From an uncultured virus (IMG/VR IMGVR_UViG_3300027396_000015) (taxonomy: Duplodnaviria; Heunggongvirae; Uroviricota; Caudoviricetes), in IMG/VR virus record IMGVR_UViG_3300027396_000015: a stretch of DNA of 64,000 nucleotides; one strand, written 5' to 3'. A program made the translations under genes and the position numbers. Below the pieces are notes generated by a model, which was not told the origin of the DNA, did not search any database, and saw only the letters and a program-made list of their open reading frames with translations. The number at the start of each line of letters is the position of its first letter. Position 1 is the stretch's first letter. Shown in pieces: positions 49,188-59,551 of this stretch.

Positions 49188-51411
49188 TCAACTGCAAGTA
49201 GTTTTTGAAAAGGCTGTTGCAGACTGTAAAAAATTAGGACACGAATATGTCACGCTAGAGCATCTTATTTTTGCTATGCTCTGCGAAGAAAAGTTCTACG
49301 AACTTCTTGTAAACTTCGGTGGTGACGGGGATTACATTAAAAAGAATCTCGAACACTATCTTAAAAATCAATTAGACGAAATTAAAATAGATCCAATTCC
49401 CAAAGGATTTAAACCTAAGAAGACTCAAACTGTTGAGCGTGTTCTTAATCGTGCATTCACACAAGTCCTTTTCAGCGGACGTCAAAGCATTGAGCTTGTA
49501 GATGTGTTTATGAGCGCACTTAGCGAAAAGCGCAGTTACGCTGTATTCTATATTAATAAGGGCGGCGTGGATCGTGAAAAGTTTGCTGATTTTATTAACA
49601 GCGAAATCGATGAAGACGAAGAAGAACAGGTCACAGATGCACAAAGTGAAAAAGCACTGAAAGCATTTACTACTAACCTCAATGACCAAGTCAAGAAAAA
49701 TAAAATCGATCCAGTTATCGGTAGAACTGAAGAACTAGAACAAATTGCGCTAGGGCTCGGTCGCAGAACTAAAAATAATGTATTGTTAGTAGGCGACCCT
49801 GGTGTAGGTAAGACTGCTATCGCAGAAGGCCTAGCACATAATATTATTAATGGTGCTGTTCCTGACTTCTTAAAAGAATATACAGTCTATAACTTAGACA
49901 TTAGTGCTATGCTTGCTGGTAGTAAATATCGCGGTGACTTTGAAGAACGTTTTAAATTAGTACTTAAGGCACTAACAGGCAAAGGCAAAACTGTATTGTT
50001 CATCGATGAAGCACACATGATTAGTGGCGCAGGCGCAGGTGGACAAGGTAATGCCAATGACTTGGCTAATATGATGAAGCCTGCTCTAAGCAAAGGCAAC
50101 ATTAAAGTAGTTGCATCTACTACTTGGGAAGAATATCGTAAGTACTTTGAAAAGGATCGTGCGTTAATGCGCCGTTTCCAACGCATCACTGTTGACGAGC
50201 CTACTCCAGAAGTAGCAGTAGATATTCTTAAAGGTATTAAGAAGTATTACGAAAAACATCACGGTGCTGAAATTACAGATGCGGCTATTGAAACAGCAGT
50301 TAAATTATCTGTAAAATATATGACAGATAAGAAATTACCAGATAAAGCAATTGATCTAATTGATGTGGCTTGTAGTCGTTTCAATATTAAGAACGCAGAA
50401 CATAAGATTGTCGATGTTCCTGAGATTCAATACGAATTAGCAAAAATGGTTAAACTTCCCGAAGACACAGTCAAGGAAAAAGAAAACGAAAATCTTGTTA
50501 ACCTTGAAAAGAACCTTAAAGGTGAAGTTTATGGGCAAGATGAAGCCATTGACGAAATCGTTGATAAGATTCTTGTAGCACAAGCAGGACTTAAATCTGA
50601 TAATAAACCAGTGGGTAGTTTTGTATTCATGGGGCCAACTGGTGTTGGTAAGACTGAAGCCGCAAAACAACTTAGTAAACAGTTAGGTGTTCCACTTATT
50701 CGCTTTGACATGTCGGAGTATCAAGAAAAACACAGCGTATCTAAGTTGATTGGTAGCCCTCCTGGATATGTTGGCTTTGAAGAAAACGCTGGCTTGTTGA
50801 TTACTAAACTACAAGAGAATCCACATTGTGTTCTATTGTTAGACGAAATTGAAAAGTCACATCCAGATGTAGCAACTATCCTATTACAGATTATGGACAA
50901 TGGTTTTGTAACAGGATCTAATGGTAAAGTAGCAGATGCTCGTAACATTATTTTGATTATGACTACTAACCTTGGCGCACAAGATGCTGAAAAGAACGTT
51001 ATTGGTTTTGGTAGTCAAGATAATGACTACGAAGATAAAGAACTTAAGAAATTCTTCGCTCCAGAGTTCCGCAATCGTTTAGATGGTGTTGTTACATTTG
51101 GTAAACTAAGCAAAGAAACAATGATTAAAATTGTTGGCAAGTTCTTAGTTGAGTTAAAAACACAGGTCAAGGATAAGGGCATTAAGATTACAATCAGCAA
51201 CGAAGCAATTGACTACTTGGTAGATAAGGGCTTTGATAAGAAGATGGGTGCTCGCCCATTGCAACGTGTAATCGATAAGGATATTAAGCGTCCATTATCC
51301 AAACTTATGTTGTTTGGTGGTCTGAAACAGGGTGGAGCAGTAAACATCAATGTTGAAGACGATGAAATTAAACTCGAATTACAGAATGAAACTGTACAAG
51401 CAAACATCTAA
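49171..51411 (+). CDS. clpA: ATP-dependent Clp protease ATPase subunit ClpA
   Basis: Two AAA+ modules (GDPGVGKT, GPTGVGKT), GSKYRG, IGF loop, MGARP. Confidence 0.93.
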   Translation: MVEPSDQLQVVFEKAVADCKKLGHEYVTLEHLIFAMLCEEKFYELLVNFGGDGDYIKKNLEHYLKNQLDEIKIDPIPKGFKPKKTQTVERVLNRAFTQVLFSGRQSIELVDVFMSALSEKRSYAVFYINKGGVDREKFADFINSEIDEDEEEQVTDAQSEKALKAFTTNLNDQVKKNKIDPVIGRTEELEQIALGLGRRTKNNVLLVGDPGVGKTAIAEGLAHNIINGAVPDFLKEYTVYNLDISAMLAGSKYRGDFEERFKLVLKALTGKGKTVLFIDEAHMISGAGAGGQGNANDLANMMKPALSKGNIKVVASTTWEEYRKYFEKDRALMRRFQRITVDEPTPEVAVDILKGIKKYYEKHHGAEITDAAIETAVKLSVKYMTDKKLPDKAIDLIDVACSRFNIKNAEHKIVDVPEIQYELAKMVKLPEDTVKEKENENLVNLEKNLKGEVYGQDEAIDEIVDKILVAQAGLKSDNKPVGSFVFMGPTGVGKTEAAKQLSKQLGVPLIRFDMSEYQEKHSVSKLIGSPPGYVGFEENAGLLITKLQENPHCVLLLDEIEKSHPDVATILLQIMDNGFVTGSNGKVADARNIILIMTTNLGAQDAEKNVIGFGSQDNDYEDKELKKFFAPEFRNRLDGVVTFGKLSKETMIKIVGKFLVELKTQVKDKGIKITISNEAIDYLVDKGFDKKMGARPLQRVIDKDIKRPLSKLMLFGGLKQGGAVNINVEDDEIKLELQNETVQANI

Positions 51412-52030
51412 ATTGTTTTTTGACAAATATGTCAACAAGATTAGTGTAATAAATGTTTTTGCTTCGGAGTTTCGTAGCAGAACTATCGCTCGGGCAATGG
51501 CTTCAATCAAGATTCTTAGTGATCAAATTGAAGCCGTCCCGGATGGTAGAGTACAACTTAGATCCTGGCGTAAGAAATATGCTACAGTCAGTGATGTAAT
51601 CTACATAAACAAACTTGTAGATTTACTTAATAAAGAAACTGATTTTTTGTTGCGTGTAGAAAGCGACACATTAAGCATTTACACCAACAGTGATTCTTTA
51701 TTAGATGCTGTTCAACTATTAGGACATGTTAAAGAAGTAACTAAACCTGCAGACGATAAAGTTAGGAAGTTTCTATTAACTAACCCTAACTGTATTATAT
51801 CTAAAAAGTATACGCACAAGTATAGAGTAACTGTAAATCCTCTACGTGATTCTAGCGAAAGTTTCCACGCATGGGCAGAGCAGATTCCCAGCATTAAACT
51901 GCTAAAGCGTACATACCACTCCGAAGGCTACTTTTACGCCGCAAATGAAAAGACCCTAGGAATGTGCAGACTATTCCTGGGCAATAAGATACGCAGAGTG
52001 GACGAAATGTACCTAATCAGCGAAATTTAA
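51386..52030 (+). CDS. Hypothetical protein
   Basis: ORF from MKLYKQ, overlapping the end of clpA. Confidence 0.65.
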   Translation: MKLYKQTSKLFFDKYVNKISVINVFASEFRSRTIARAMASIKILSDQIEAVPDGRVQLRSWRKKYATVSDVIYINKLVDLLNKETDFLLRVESDTLSIYTNSDSLLDAVQLLGHVKEVTKPADDKVRKFLLTNPNCIISKKYTHKYRVTVNPLRDSSESFHAWAEQIPSIKLLKRTYHSEGYFYAANEKTLGMCRLFLGNKIRRVDEMYLISEI

Positions 52031-52046
52031 TACAGTTGTAAAATAG

Positions 52047-52054
52047 CATAAATA
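52047..52054 (+). promoter_or_regulatory. T4-like late promoter heading the 52-63 kb cluster
   Basis: CATAAATA. Confidence 0.65.
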
Positions 52055-52107
52055 CTCTATTAGTGGAGTATGTATATCCGCGGCTCTATGCAGAACATGG
52101 TGATTAT

Positions 52108-52452
52108 ATGAAAATAAATGATGTAGATAAGCAAGCAGAACAGTTTAAAGACGTCGATTTCGTCGATGATTTAAAGTTTTTTATGCACAACGACCCACGT
52201 TTTTATCGTAAGGTAGTTTATCCTGTAATCGCTGAATTAAAAGGCAAGTTGAAATCCGGCGGCAAGTGCAACGAAATGTCATTTATGCCCTGCATCGATA
52301 AAGCCATACCAGTTTATTGCAATAAATTCAAAATCACCCAAAACCCAAAAGTATTATTCGATCCCGAAGAAGTACAGGACTTGGCTGTTAAAATGTTCCA
52401 CGAAGAAAAACATAACATCGAAAACGGTGTTTATGATGGGAGAGATGAATGA
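52108..52452 (+). CDS. Hypothetical protein
   Basis: Start MKINDVD after GGTG. Confidence 0.7.
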   Translation: MKINDVDKQAEQFKDVDFVDDLKFFMHNDPRFYRKVVYPVIAELKGKLKSGGKCNEMSFMPCIDKAIPVYCNKFKITQNPKVLFDPEEVQDLAVKMFHEEKHNIENGVYDGRDE

Positions 52453-53303
52453 TCCTATTAGAAGGTGGAAATGTATTTCCTGATGTAGAACCATTTGGCA
52501 AGGATGAAGCCAAGGAAGTACTAGCCAAGGCGCAATCAATGATGCCGCAGGGCATTGATTTAATTCCTGTTGGCAGTGCCGGCCATAAAGCCAGTTCTGG
52601 AGACATGGACTTAATGGTCGACGAGCAGTCCATGTTAGACTTTTTTAAAGTTAAGACAGCCAAAGAAGCAAGACAAAAATTAAAAACATACTTTCAAGAT
52701 AGAGGCACCGAATCTGCACTAACTGGCATCAATGTACACATTAAAGTTCCTAACGGCGATAAGTTTGCACAAGCAGATATTATGTTTGTTAAAGATGCTG
52801 GCTCTGTTAGTAAATTTCATCAACACGATTATAGCATTGAAAATACTCCATTCAAAGGTTTACATAAGCACATACTACTTTCCAGTATTGCTAAAGAAAC
52901 TCGTAACCAAAGATATCCTTACGGACTAATGTGGAGCGGATTCCAAGGGCTGTTTGCCCGAGATGAAAATGGAAAGAAGGCAGACTTTGTTTCTCACAAT
53001 GCAGACGAAGTTGCTAAAATTTTAATCGGTGCTCATGCTACTGCCGCTGACTTAGGTAATGTAGAAAGAATTATTGCCGCACTACCAGGTAAAGAACAAA
53101 ATCCAAAAATTCAACACGCACTAGCCGATGAGAACTGGCCTGGCAACGAAGGCAAAAAGCCTGAAGATGTTAAAGAAGGTTCTGCCGAATGGTTCTCATG
53201 GATGCAAGGCGTAGTAGAAGGTACTTATGGACGTTACTGGTGCAGTACAGATAAAAAATGGAAACAACGTAAAGGTCCCAAGCAGTCAAGGGGCGAAGAA
53301 TGA
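52449..53303 (+). CDS. Putative Pol-beta-superfamily nucleotidyltransferase
   Basis: VGSAGHKASSGDMDLMVD (GS...DxD) and a third acidic residue in QADIM. Confidence 0.65.
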   Translation: MILLEGGNVFPDVEPFGKDEAKEVLAKAQSMMPQGIDLIPVGSAGHKASSGDMDLMVDEQSMLDFFKVKTAKEARQKLKTYFQDRGTESALTGINVHIKVPNGDKFAQADIMFVKDAGSVSKFHQHDYSIENTPFKGLHKHILLSSIAKETRNQRYPYGLMWSGFQGLFARDENGKKADFVSHNADEVAKILIGAHATAADLGNVERIIAALPGKEQNPKIQHALADENWPGNEGKKPEDVKEGSAEWFSWMQGVVEGTYGRYWCSTDKKWKQRKGPKQSRGEE

Positions 53304-54448
53304 GATTAAGAGAACTATTTGTTGAATCCACAGAAACAGTTAAAAAGAAACTGGGCCGTGCATTCAACCATCTCGAAGATCTAGTTTTCTTCTACGGCAT
53401 CGACGGTACCATCGAAGCATTAGACCACGTTAAAGAAATCGCTACACAAGAAGGTTCTGAAAGCATTCGCATGAAATGGGACGGTAATCCTCAAATCTAT
53501 TGGGGTCGTGAAACAAAGAATGGACCATTAATTCTAGCAGGACACAACGGTTGGGCACGTGGTGCTAAGACAGATAATCCAGAAGCAGTAAAAGATTTTA
53601 TTGCTAACAAGAGCGGTACACCTAAGACAGAAGAAGAGCGTAAACAACGTGAAGAATTTGCCGCCAAGTTTGCAAATTTATATCCAGCATTTGATGCGGC
53701 AACTCCAAAAGATTTTGTAGGCTTTGTCTATGCTGACGCATTATTTTTAAACAGGCCCGATTTAAAAGACGGAGTATACACATTCTGTCCAAATCCTAAA
53801 TCACAAACTTGTTATCATGTCAGAGGCGACAGTGATTTAGGTAAGCGTATTGCTTATGCAGATGTAATGGTTGTCGGTCATGCTTATTTCCCACAATTTG
53901 GAATGGATGACAGTGAACAAGAACCGTTAGACGATTTTGATCAATTTAATGCTAATCCTAAATTAATTGTACAAGGTCCGATATACAATAAAAAATCTGT
54001 TAGTATCGATACTAAGATGATTGATAACATTGAAGGTTATGCACAACAACACGCAGAACAAATCGAAGGATTCTTGTCCGATACTGCTGGGTTAAGTGAC
54101 CTTAAGAATATATTCTACACCTATGTAAATCAAACAGCAAGAGCTAAACAGTTAAGCAGTTTAGGTTTACAGAATTTTAACGCATGGTTGGAAAAGTCAA
54201 AAGTTAGTGCAGGAAAACAAGAAAAAATACAGGCTAAAATAGAAGCCCATCCTAACGCTGTAGATGCTATATTTTCTCTAGTTAAACAAATACAATCAAT
54301 GAAAAACCAAATACTTGCACAGGTTGAAGGCGAGCAAGGAGATATCTGGGACACAAACGGAGAAGGTCGTGTACGCTATGCTGGCCCTGAAAAGAAATTC
54401 GGTAATGTAAAGTTAGTAAACAGAGACCAGTGGACTCCTGGGGAATAA
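53300..54448 (+). CDS. Ligase-fold (KxDG) phage protein, DUF6267-like
   Basis: HLEDL, MKWDGNP, GEG.V, KLVNR. Confidence 0.6.
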   Translation: MRLRELFVESTETVKKKLGRAFNHLEDLVFFYGIDGTIEALDHVKEIATQEGSESIRMKWDGNPQIYWGRETKNGPLILAGHNGWARGAKTDNPEAVKDFIANKSGTPKTEEERKQREEFAAKFANLYPAFDAATPKDFVGFVYADALFLNRPDLKDGVYTFCPNPKSQTCYHVRGDSDLGKRIAYADVMVVGHAYFPQFGMDDSEQEPLDDFDQFNANPKLIVQGPIYNKKSVSIDTKMIDNIEGYAQQHAEQIEGFLSDTAGLSDLKNIFYTYVNQTARAKQLSSLGLQNFNAWLEKSKVSAGKQEKIQAKIEAHPNAVDAIFSLVKQIQSMKNQILAQVEGEQGDIWDTNGEGRVRYAGPEKKFGNVKLVNRDQWTPGE

Positions 54449-54449
54449 T

Positions 54450-55418
54450 ATGAGATTAAGAAATTTATTTGAAAATAAAACAAGTGAAGTAGCCATTATA
54501 TTTGGTCGATTCAATCCTCCGCACAAAGGACATAAAGCCGCTTGGGAAACTGCCGCTACTAAAGATGTATGGTACGTTGGTACTAATGAAAGTACTGTAG
54601 GACCAAAAGACCCACTGCCATACAATGTAAAAACAGAATGTATGAAAGTTATTTGGCCTGATGTTACAGGACATATTGTTGCCGAAACAAGTTGGTTAAC
54701 ATTAGCCAGTTATGTATATCAGAAACACGGTGCAGTAAAATTAATCATCGTTACTGACGAAGCATGGGTAGTTCCTACTGTACAAGATTATAATGGAAAG
54801 TCTGGTCCGCACGGCGAATACAATTTTCCAGAAATTAGACTGTTCCACGACAGTATAGAAGAAGCAAAATTAGAATTACGTAAGAGCTCTGCTACAAGTT
54901 TACGTGAAGCAGTAGCCAAAGGCGACAGACAAGCATTTAGCGATGCCGCTGGCGTAAGTTCAGAAACACCTGTTATGGGTAAACCATTCTTTGACTTAGT
55001 TGCCGAGTACTTGATGCCCTATGAAGAAAAGGCGAAGGAAAAAGCAAAGAAAAAAGATTCTAAGAAAAAAGAAGAACCTAAAAAAGAAGAGCCTAAAAAA
55101 GAAAAAGAACCTAAGAAGGAAAAAGATGCTATGAAAATGTCAGAATTAGAAGAAGGCCGTTACGGTAGTTACGATGCGTATCAACGCGATTACGATTCTA
55201 GTCGCACAGGCTTTGGACGTCGTGAACGCGAAGATGATGAATATGTTAATGGACCGGATCCAGAAGAGTATTCATTCCGTTTTACTCTTATTGACAAGGA
55301 CGGAAATGAAGTTGAAAGAACACCCCGTGTAACTACTACTAAAGGTCGCGAACACGCAAAGAATTATGCTCACGATCACTACGTAAAAGCAGGATTTACT
55401 GTTGTTAAGGTTTCATAA
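54450..55418 (+). CDS. HxGH cytidylyl/adenylyltransferase-like protein with C-terminal modules
   Basis: FGRFNPPHKGH, DPL, SSATSLR; Lys/Glu-rich linker. Confidence 0.75.
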   Translation: MRLRNLFENKTSEVAIIFGRFNPPHKGHKAAWETAATKDVWYVGTNESTVGPKDPLPYNVKTECMKVIWPDVTGHIVAETSWLTLASYVYQKHGAVKLIIVTDEAWVVPTVQDYNGKSGPHGEYNFPEIRLFHDSIEEAKLELRKSSATSLREAVAKGDRQAFSDAAGVSSETPVMGKPFFDLVAEYLMPYEEKAKEKAKKKDSKKKEEPKKEEPKKEKEPKKEKDAMKMSELEEGRYGSYDAYQRDYDSSRTGFGRREREDDEYVNGPDPEEYSFRFTLIDKDGNEVERTPRVTTTKGREHAKNYAHDHYVKAGFTVVKVS

Positions 55419-55421
55419 TAA

Positions 55422-55709
55422 ATGAAACAATATAGAATCAGTACAGAAAATTTAAATCAAGACAGTCCAGACGACTGCTTACTTGATCCTTCTGATCCTA
55501 TATACGAAATTAAATCTATGCAGTATCTTGCAGGCTTAGGTCATGCCGCAAGACTACACGAGTATCAGGGCAGTAACATCAGTGTTACTGGCAGTGATAA
55601 AGGCAGAATACAGAGAGAACAAAACATTAAACCTGGAACACCTGAGTGGTTTCAGTTATGGTTTAGTTTACCTTACATGACAGGCGAAAAACCGGTAAAT
55701 AAAAAATGA
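55422..55709 (+). CDS. Hypothetical protein
   Basis: 95 aa; IKPGTPEWFQLWF motif. Confidence 0.7.
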   Translation: MKQYRISTENLNQDSPDDCLLDPSDPIYEIKSMQYLAGLGHAARLHEYQGSNISVTGSDKGRIQREQNIKPGTPEWFQLWFSLPYMTGEKPVNKK

Positions 55710-57451
55710 GAGCAAGCGATTTAGAATTACCCCAAGGCATGGAAGTCTATGTAGACATGGACGGAGTTCTTGCAGACTTTTTCACAGAGTATGCTAAACT
55801 TGCTGGCATTAAAAGCGGAAACTACAGAGACATTCCACCAGCGAAGACTGATCCTACATTAAACAAAATGGTAGGAACAGACTTTTTTGCACGTCTACCA
55901 AAGTTTCCTACAGCAGACAAACTAATTGATATTGTAGTTGATGTGGCCGGTGGCTACAATATTTGTTCTAGCCCATTACGCGGCGACCACGAAGGCAGTG
56001 AAAAATACAAACGTATTTGGATCGATGAACACTTAAATCAACTGCCAGACAACATTTACATTGTTTCAAACAAAGCCAAGTACGCTAGAAATCCTAGCGG
56101 AATGCCTAACGTATTAATTGACGACAGAGGTAGTAATATCAGTGCTTGGGAAGCCGCTGGCGGTATTGGTATCAAATATCAAGCAGACGAAGATAGTTTA
56201 CAAGTAATATTAGATGGACTTAAACGTGCTAAACGTGTGGGACAAGGTGAAGAAGAACACGAACCACAGCAGTTAAAAAGTCTAGATAGAAGTCAAGGAA
56301 AATTAATTGCCACTAGTGGTGACAAAGATGTAGACGAAGGTCGTAAGAAAAAACGCAGAAACAAATACGGTGCGTTATATGGACCAGGTCCTTACGGACT
56401 ATATGGTACCGATGCAGGCTACAGTGGTGTAGGTAGTGTGCCTGCGGGAGACGGCGGTGACGGCGGCGGATTGATGGAAGCATGGACTCCAGATAAAAAG
56501 CAACGTATCAAAGACTTTGCATTATGGGCTATCAAACTTTTAGAAATAGAACAAGCACCACGTATTAAATTAGTAGGTGATACAAAGACTACTGCACTTG
56601 GATACTTTGATCCTGAAACACAAGACATAGTTGTATCTGTTAAAGATAGACATCAAATGGATATTATGCGAACACTAGCACACGAATTAGTGCATCGCAA
56701 ACAAAACGAAGCAAGAGAATTAGATGGTGCAACTGGCAGTCCAGACGAAAACGAAGCCAATGCTCTTGCTGGAGTATTGCTACGTTACTGGGGTAAAATG
56801 AATCCAGAACAGTTTAACGAACATATTGTTAAAGTTAAAGGCGGTTACGAATTAAAAAGCAAACATGGTAATAAGAACTTAGGTAAGTATCCAACTCGCG
56901 CCGGTGCAGAGAAACGTGAACGTCAAGTACAATATTTTAAACACGCAGAAGAAGACCAGCACCCTAATGAAAAACCAAGAGGTCCTGAAATTAAACCTAC
57001 AATGCCTAGAGGCACTGTTAGAGTTGATGTAAGTGATGTGTATGATTGGTACAAGTTAGGTAAGAATATTGCCAACTTAAAAAATTTATCAAATAAAGAT
57101 TTTGGTAAAGGGCCTCCTAGTACTATTGTATCTTTTGGCAGTGAAGAAGAAGAGCACAAATATATTGCGGCTTTGAAAAAGTTGGGCCTTGATACCACAG
57201 ACATTGACCCGGTTGATCCAAAGCGGCCTAAGAATATGCCGCGTCAAAAAGTTGATCCGACATTTAATGTAGATGAAAACTTTGCCGATGGAAAAAATCC
57301 ACAAGATAAAGGTGATAGTAAACGTCACGGCATCACTAAAGGCATGAGCATAGCACAGTTAAAAAAGATACGCAGTAGCGATTCTGCTAGTCCACGTAAA
57401 AAACAATTAGCACACTGGCAAATTAATATGCGTCAAGGAAAAAAGAAATGA
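55706..57451 (+). CDS. Multidomain protein: HAD 5'(3')-nucleotidase-like domain, HExxH zincin-like domain and short modules
   Basis: YVDMDGVLADF, LIDD...N...W; RTLAHELVHRKQ...ENEANA. Confidence 0.8.
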   Translation: MRASDLELPQGMEVYVDMDGVLADFFTEYAKLAGIKSGNYRDIPPAKTDPTLNKMVGTDFFARLPKFPTADKLIDIVVDVAGGYNICSSPLRGDHEGSEKYKRIWIDEHLNQLPDNIYIVSNKAKYARNPSGMPNVLIDDRGSNISAWEAAGGIGIKYQADEDSLQVILDGLKRAKRVGQGEEEHEPQQLKSLDRSQGKLIATSGDKDVDEGRKKKRRNKYGALYGPGPYGLYGTDAGYSGVGSVPAGDGGDGGGLMEAWTPDKKQRIKDFALWAIKLLEIEQAPRIKLVGDTKTTALGYFDPETQDIVVSVKDRHQMDIMRTLAHELVHRKQNEARELDGATGSPDENEANALAGVLLRYWGKMNPEQFNEHIVKVKGGYELKSKHGNKNLGKYPTRAGAEKRERQVQYFKHAEEDQHPNEKPRGPEIKPTMPRGTVRVDVSDVYDWYKLGKNIANLKNLSNKDFGKGPPSTIVSFGSEEEEHKYIAALKKLGLDTTDIDPVDPKRPKNMPRQKVDPTFNVDENFADGKNPQDKGDSKRHGITKGMSIAQLKKIRSSDSASPRKKQLAHWQINMRQGKKK

Positions 57452-58107
57452 GATTGATAGACATTATAAACGAAGGTGTTATTGATATGATGGCTTTGGC
57501 TAAACGTGCCAAGGCATTATTAGCACAAGGACTAAGCGAACAACAAGCACAGGATAAACTTGTTAAAGAAGGTATTCCTGCAAGATTGGCCGCGCAGGCT
57601 GTACAAATGGCACAGATGAGCGAAACTGTTGCAGATCAACTTACCTTAGAAGCACCTATTGCCGCTACAGATGATCCTATGGATCCTATGATTCACAGTC
57701 ACAATAAAGCAAATCCTATGACGTTAAAAGGACGCATTTTGCAAACACGTAAACAGTTACAAGAATTAGCACGTATGGCAGAAAGCGATGACCTAGCAAC
57801 TTGGCATCAAATTACTAAGTTAGCCAAAGGCGGCATGTTCATGGGTTTAGAACAGAATTTAGAGCAAGTACGTCACGGTTTAGAAGAATTAGCCGCTAAA
57901 CGTAAGAAGGGCGGAATGCAGAGTCGTGGAATCGATAAGTTTGACGAAACTGCAACACCGGGAGGCACTAGTGCAGGTATGGTTAGTGTGGGTCCTGTAT
58001 ACAAAAATAAAGCCGGAAAAACACCTAAAAATAAAGACGGTACTGCTAAAAATGCCCTAGATATGAAGGCTAATCTGTTAACAGGCGGCAGTATAGCAAA
58101 ACGATAA
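57448..58107 (+). CDS. Hypothetical modular protein
   Basis: N-terminus MRLIDIINE; coupled. Confidence 0.75.
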   Translation: MRLIDIINEGVIDMMALAKRAKALLAQGLSEQQAQDKLVKEGIPARLAAQAVQMAQMSETVADQLTLEAPIAATDDPMDPMIHSHNKANPMTLKGRILQTRKQLQELARMAESDDLATWHQITKLAKGGMFMGLEQNLEQVRHGLEELAAKRKKGGMQSRGIDKFDETATPGGTSAGMVSVGPVYKNKAGKTPKNKDGTAKNALDMKANLLTGGSIAKR

Positions 58108-58131
58108 ATACAACACCAGGAGATTTTAACC

Positions 58132-59547
58132 ATGCACGACCAGATGAGACCAGTTATGCCAGGACCAGTGGACGACCACGAAGGGGCTATGGCACGTTCA
58201 GAACTATATAGAGCCGCAAAGTACTCTATGAAATTGTTCCAAATGATTCAAGACGGACAAGATTTAGAAGGTTGGGTACAGGCTAAAATTACTAAATCTG
58301 CAGATTACTTAGATAGTGTATATCACTATATGGAGTACCAAGTTAAGTTCGGCGATGGCAGCAACGCATCCAACATCGACGACATTACAGGTGATGCTGA
58401 ACAAGAGCTACCAAGCGAAGAGCCAGTGTCTGACATGGATGACGAAGAAAGGAAAATTGACGAAATGACTACATATGAACAAAAATTAGCATCCTTGTTA
58501 GAAGGTGCTGTTAAAGAAGCGTCTGGTGTACGTGCAACTGACAAAAAGAAAGGTCAAGTTGATAAATCAGAAAAGAAACAATACTTTGTTAAACTTGAAA
58601 AAGATAACAAAACTCGTGGTGTTACTACTGTTGCCGACGAAGGCGAAAGCCAAGGCGAAGTACGTGATCGTATGAAACGCGACAATCCAGGTTGGACTGT
58701 GGCCAGCATCCGTGTTAAGGATGAAATCGACGAAGCCGCAGAAAAAATTGCCAAGGCTGAAAAAGACGCCAAGAACAAGAAAGAAAAAGACAAGATGATT
58801 AAGGAAGCCCTTACACAAGTAGTCGAAAAGGCTGTAAGCAAAGCACAACAAAAATTTATGGGCATGGTACACGCCGCAAAGAAAGGCGAAAAGCCAGCCA
58901 GTAAGGAAGTTGCTAAAGTTGCTAAAGGCATGAAAGACAAAGATGCCAAAGACTTTGCTAGTACAAAGCATAAAGGTCTTCCAGAAAAGAAAAAGAAAAC
59001 TGACGAAGGTCAAGTAATGAGCCCACCAGATGGTGCTACAGCCGCTCCTAAGAAAGATCCAAAGACTGGCAAGTATCCAAAAGTAACTTCTGGTCCAAAC
59101 AAGGGTAAAGAGTGGAGCGAAAAGACTCCTGGTCCTACAAATCCAGCATTTAAAGAAGGTGCTGAAGCAGATAGCCCAACTGCAAAAGCACTCGCAAAAT
59201 ACGAAGAACAATACAAAACTGCTACAGGTGCCGATAAGACAAACTTAGCAAGAACTATTAGTGCTCTTAGAAAGAAATTAGAAGCCGAAGGTGGTACAAC
59301 TGCTCCTACGCCAGCAGTACAAGAATCTAACCTAGTTAAGTCTATTGTTAGAAAAGTTGTTGCTGAAAAGAAAAAGGGCGATGGTAACTTAGCCAACAAT
59401 GCTAAACCATATGACAAAGTAACCAAAGGTGATGTAGTTGCTGGTCGTTTAGGCAAAGACGAAATGGGCGGCAAAGCAGATAAGAAAAAAGAAACAGTTA
59501 AAGAATCTACTGACTTATCTCGTTTGAAATTCTTATCAGGCCTATAA
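58132..59547 (+). CDS. Lys/Glu-rich modular protein, putative internal head protein
   Basis: GATAAATA and SD AGGAG upstream; many hydrophobic-x-E sites; KAVSKAQQKFMGMV module. Confidence 0.75.
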   Translation: MHDQMRPVMPGPVDDHEGAMARSELYRAAKYSMKLFQMIQDGQDLEGWVQAKITKSADYLDSVYHYMEYQVKFGDGSNASNIDDITGDAEQELPSEEPVSDMDDEERKIDEMTTYEQKLASLLEGAVKEASGVRATDKKKGQVDKSEKKQYFVKLEKDNKTRGVTTVADEGESQGEVRDRMKRDNPGWTVASIRVKDEIDEAAEKIAKAEKDAKNKKEKDKMIKEALTQVVEKAVSKAQQKFMGMVHAAKKGEKPASKEVAKVAKGMKDKDAKDFASTKHKGLPEKKKKTDEGQVMSPPDGATAAPKKDPKTGKYPKVTSGPNKGKEWSEKTPGPTNPAFKEGAEADSPTAKALAKYEEQYKTATGADKTNLARTISALRKKLEAEGGTTAPTPAVQESNLVKSIVRKVVAEKKKGDGNLANNAKPYDKVTKGDVVAGRLGKDEMGGKADKKKETVKESTDLSRLKFLSGL

Positions 59548-59551
59548 TATC

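Noticed and set aside
55025..55130. A-rich repetitive stretch (AAGAAGAACCTAAAA-like)
   Set aside because: It encodes a KKEEPK low-complexity linker and is not a separate DNA element.
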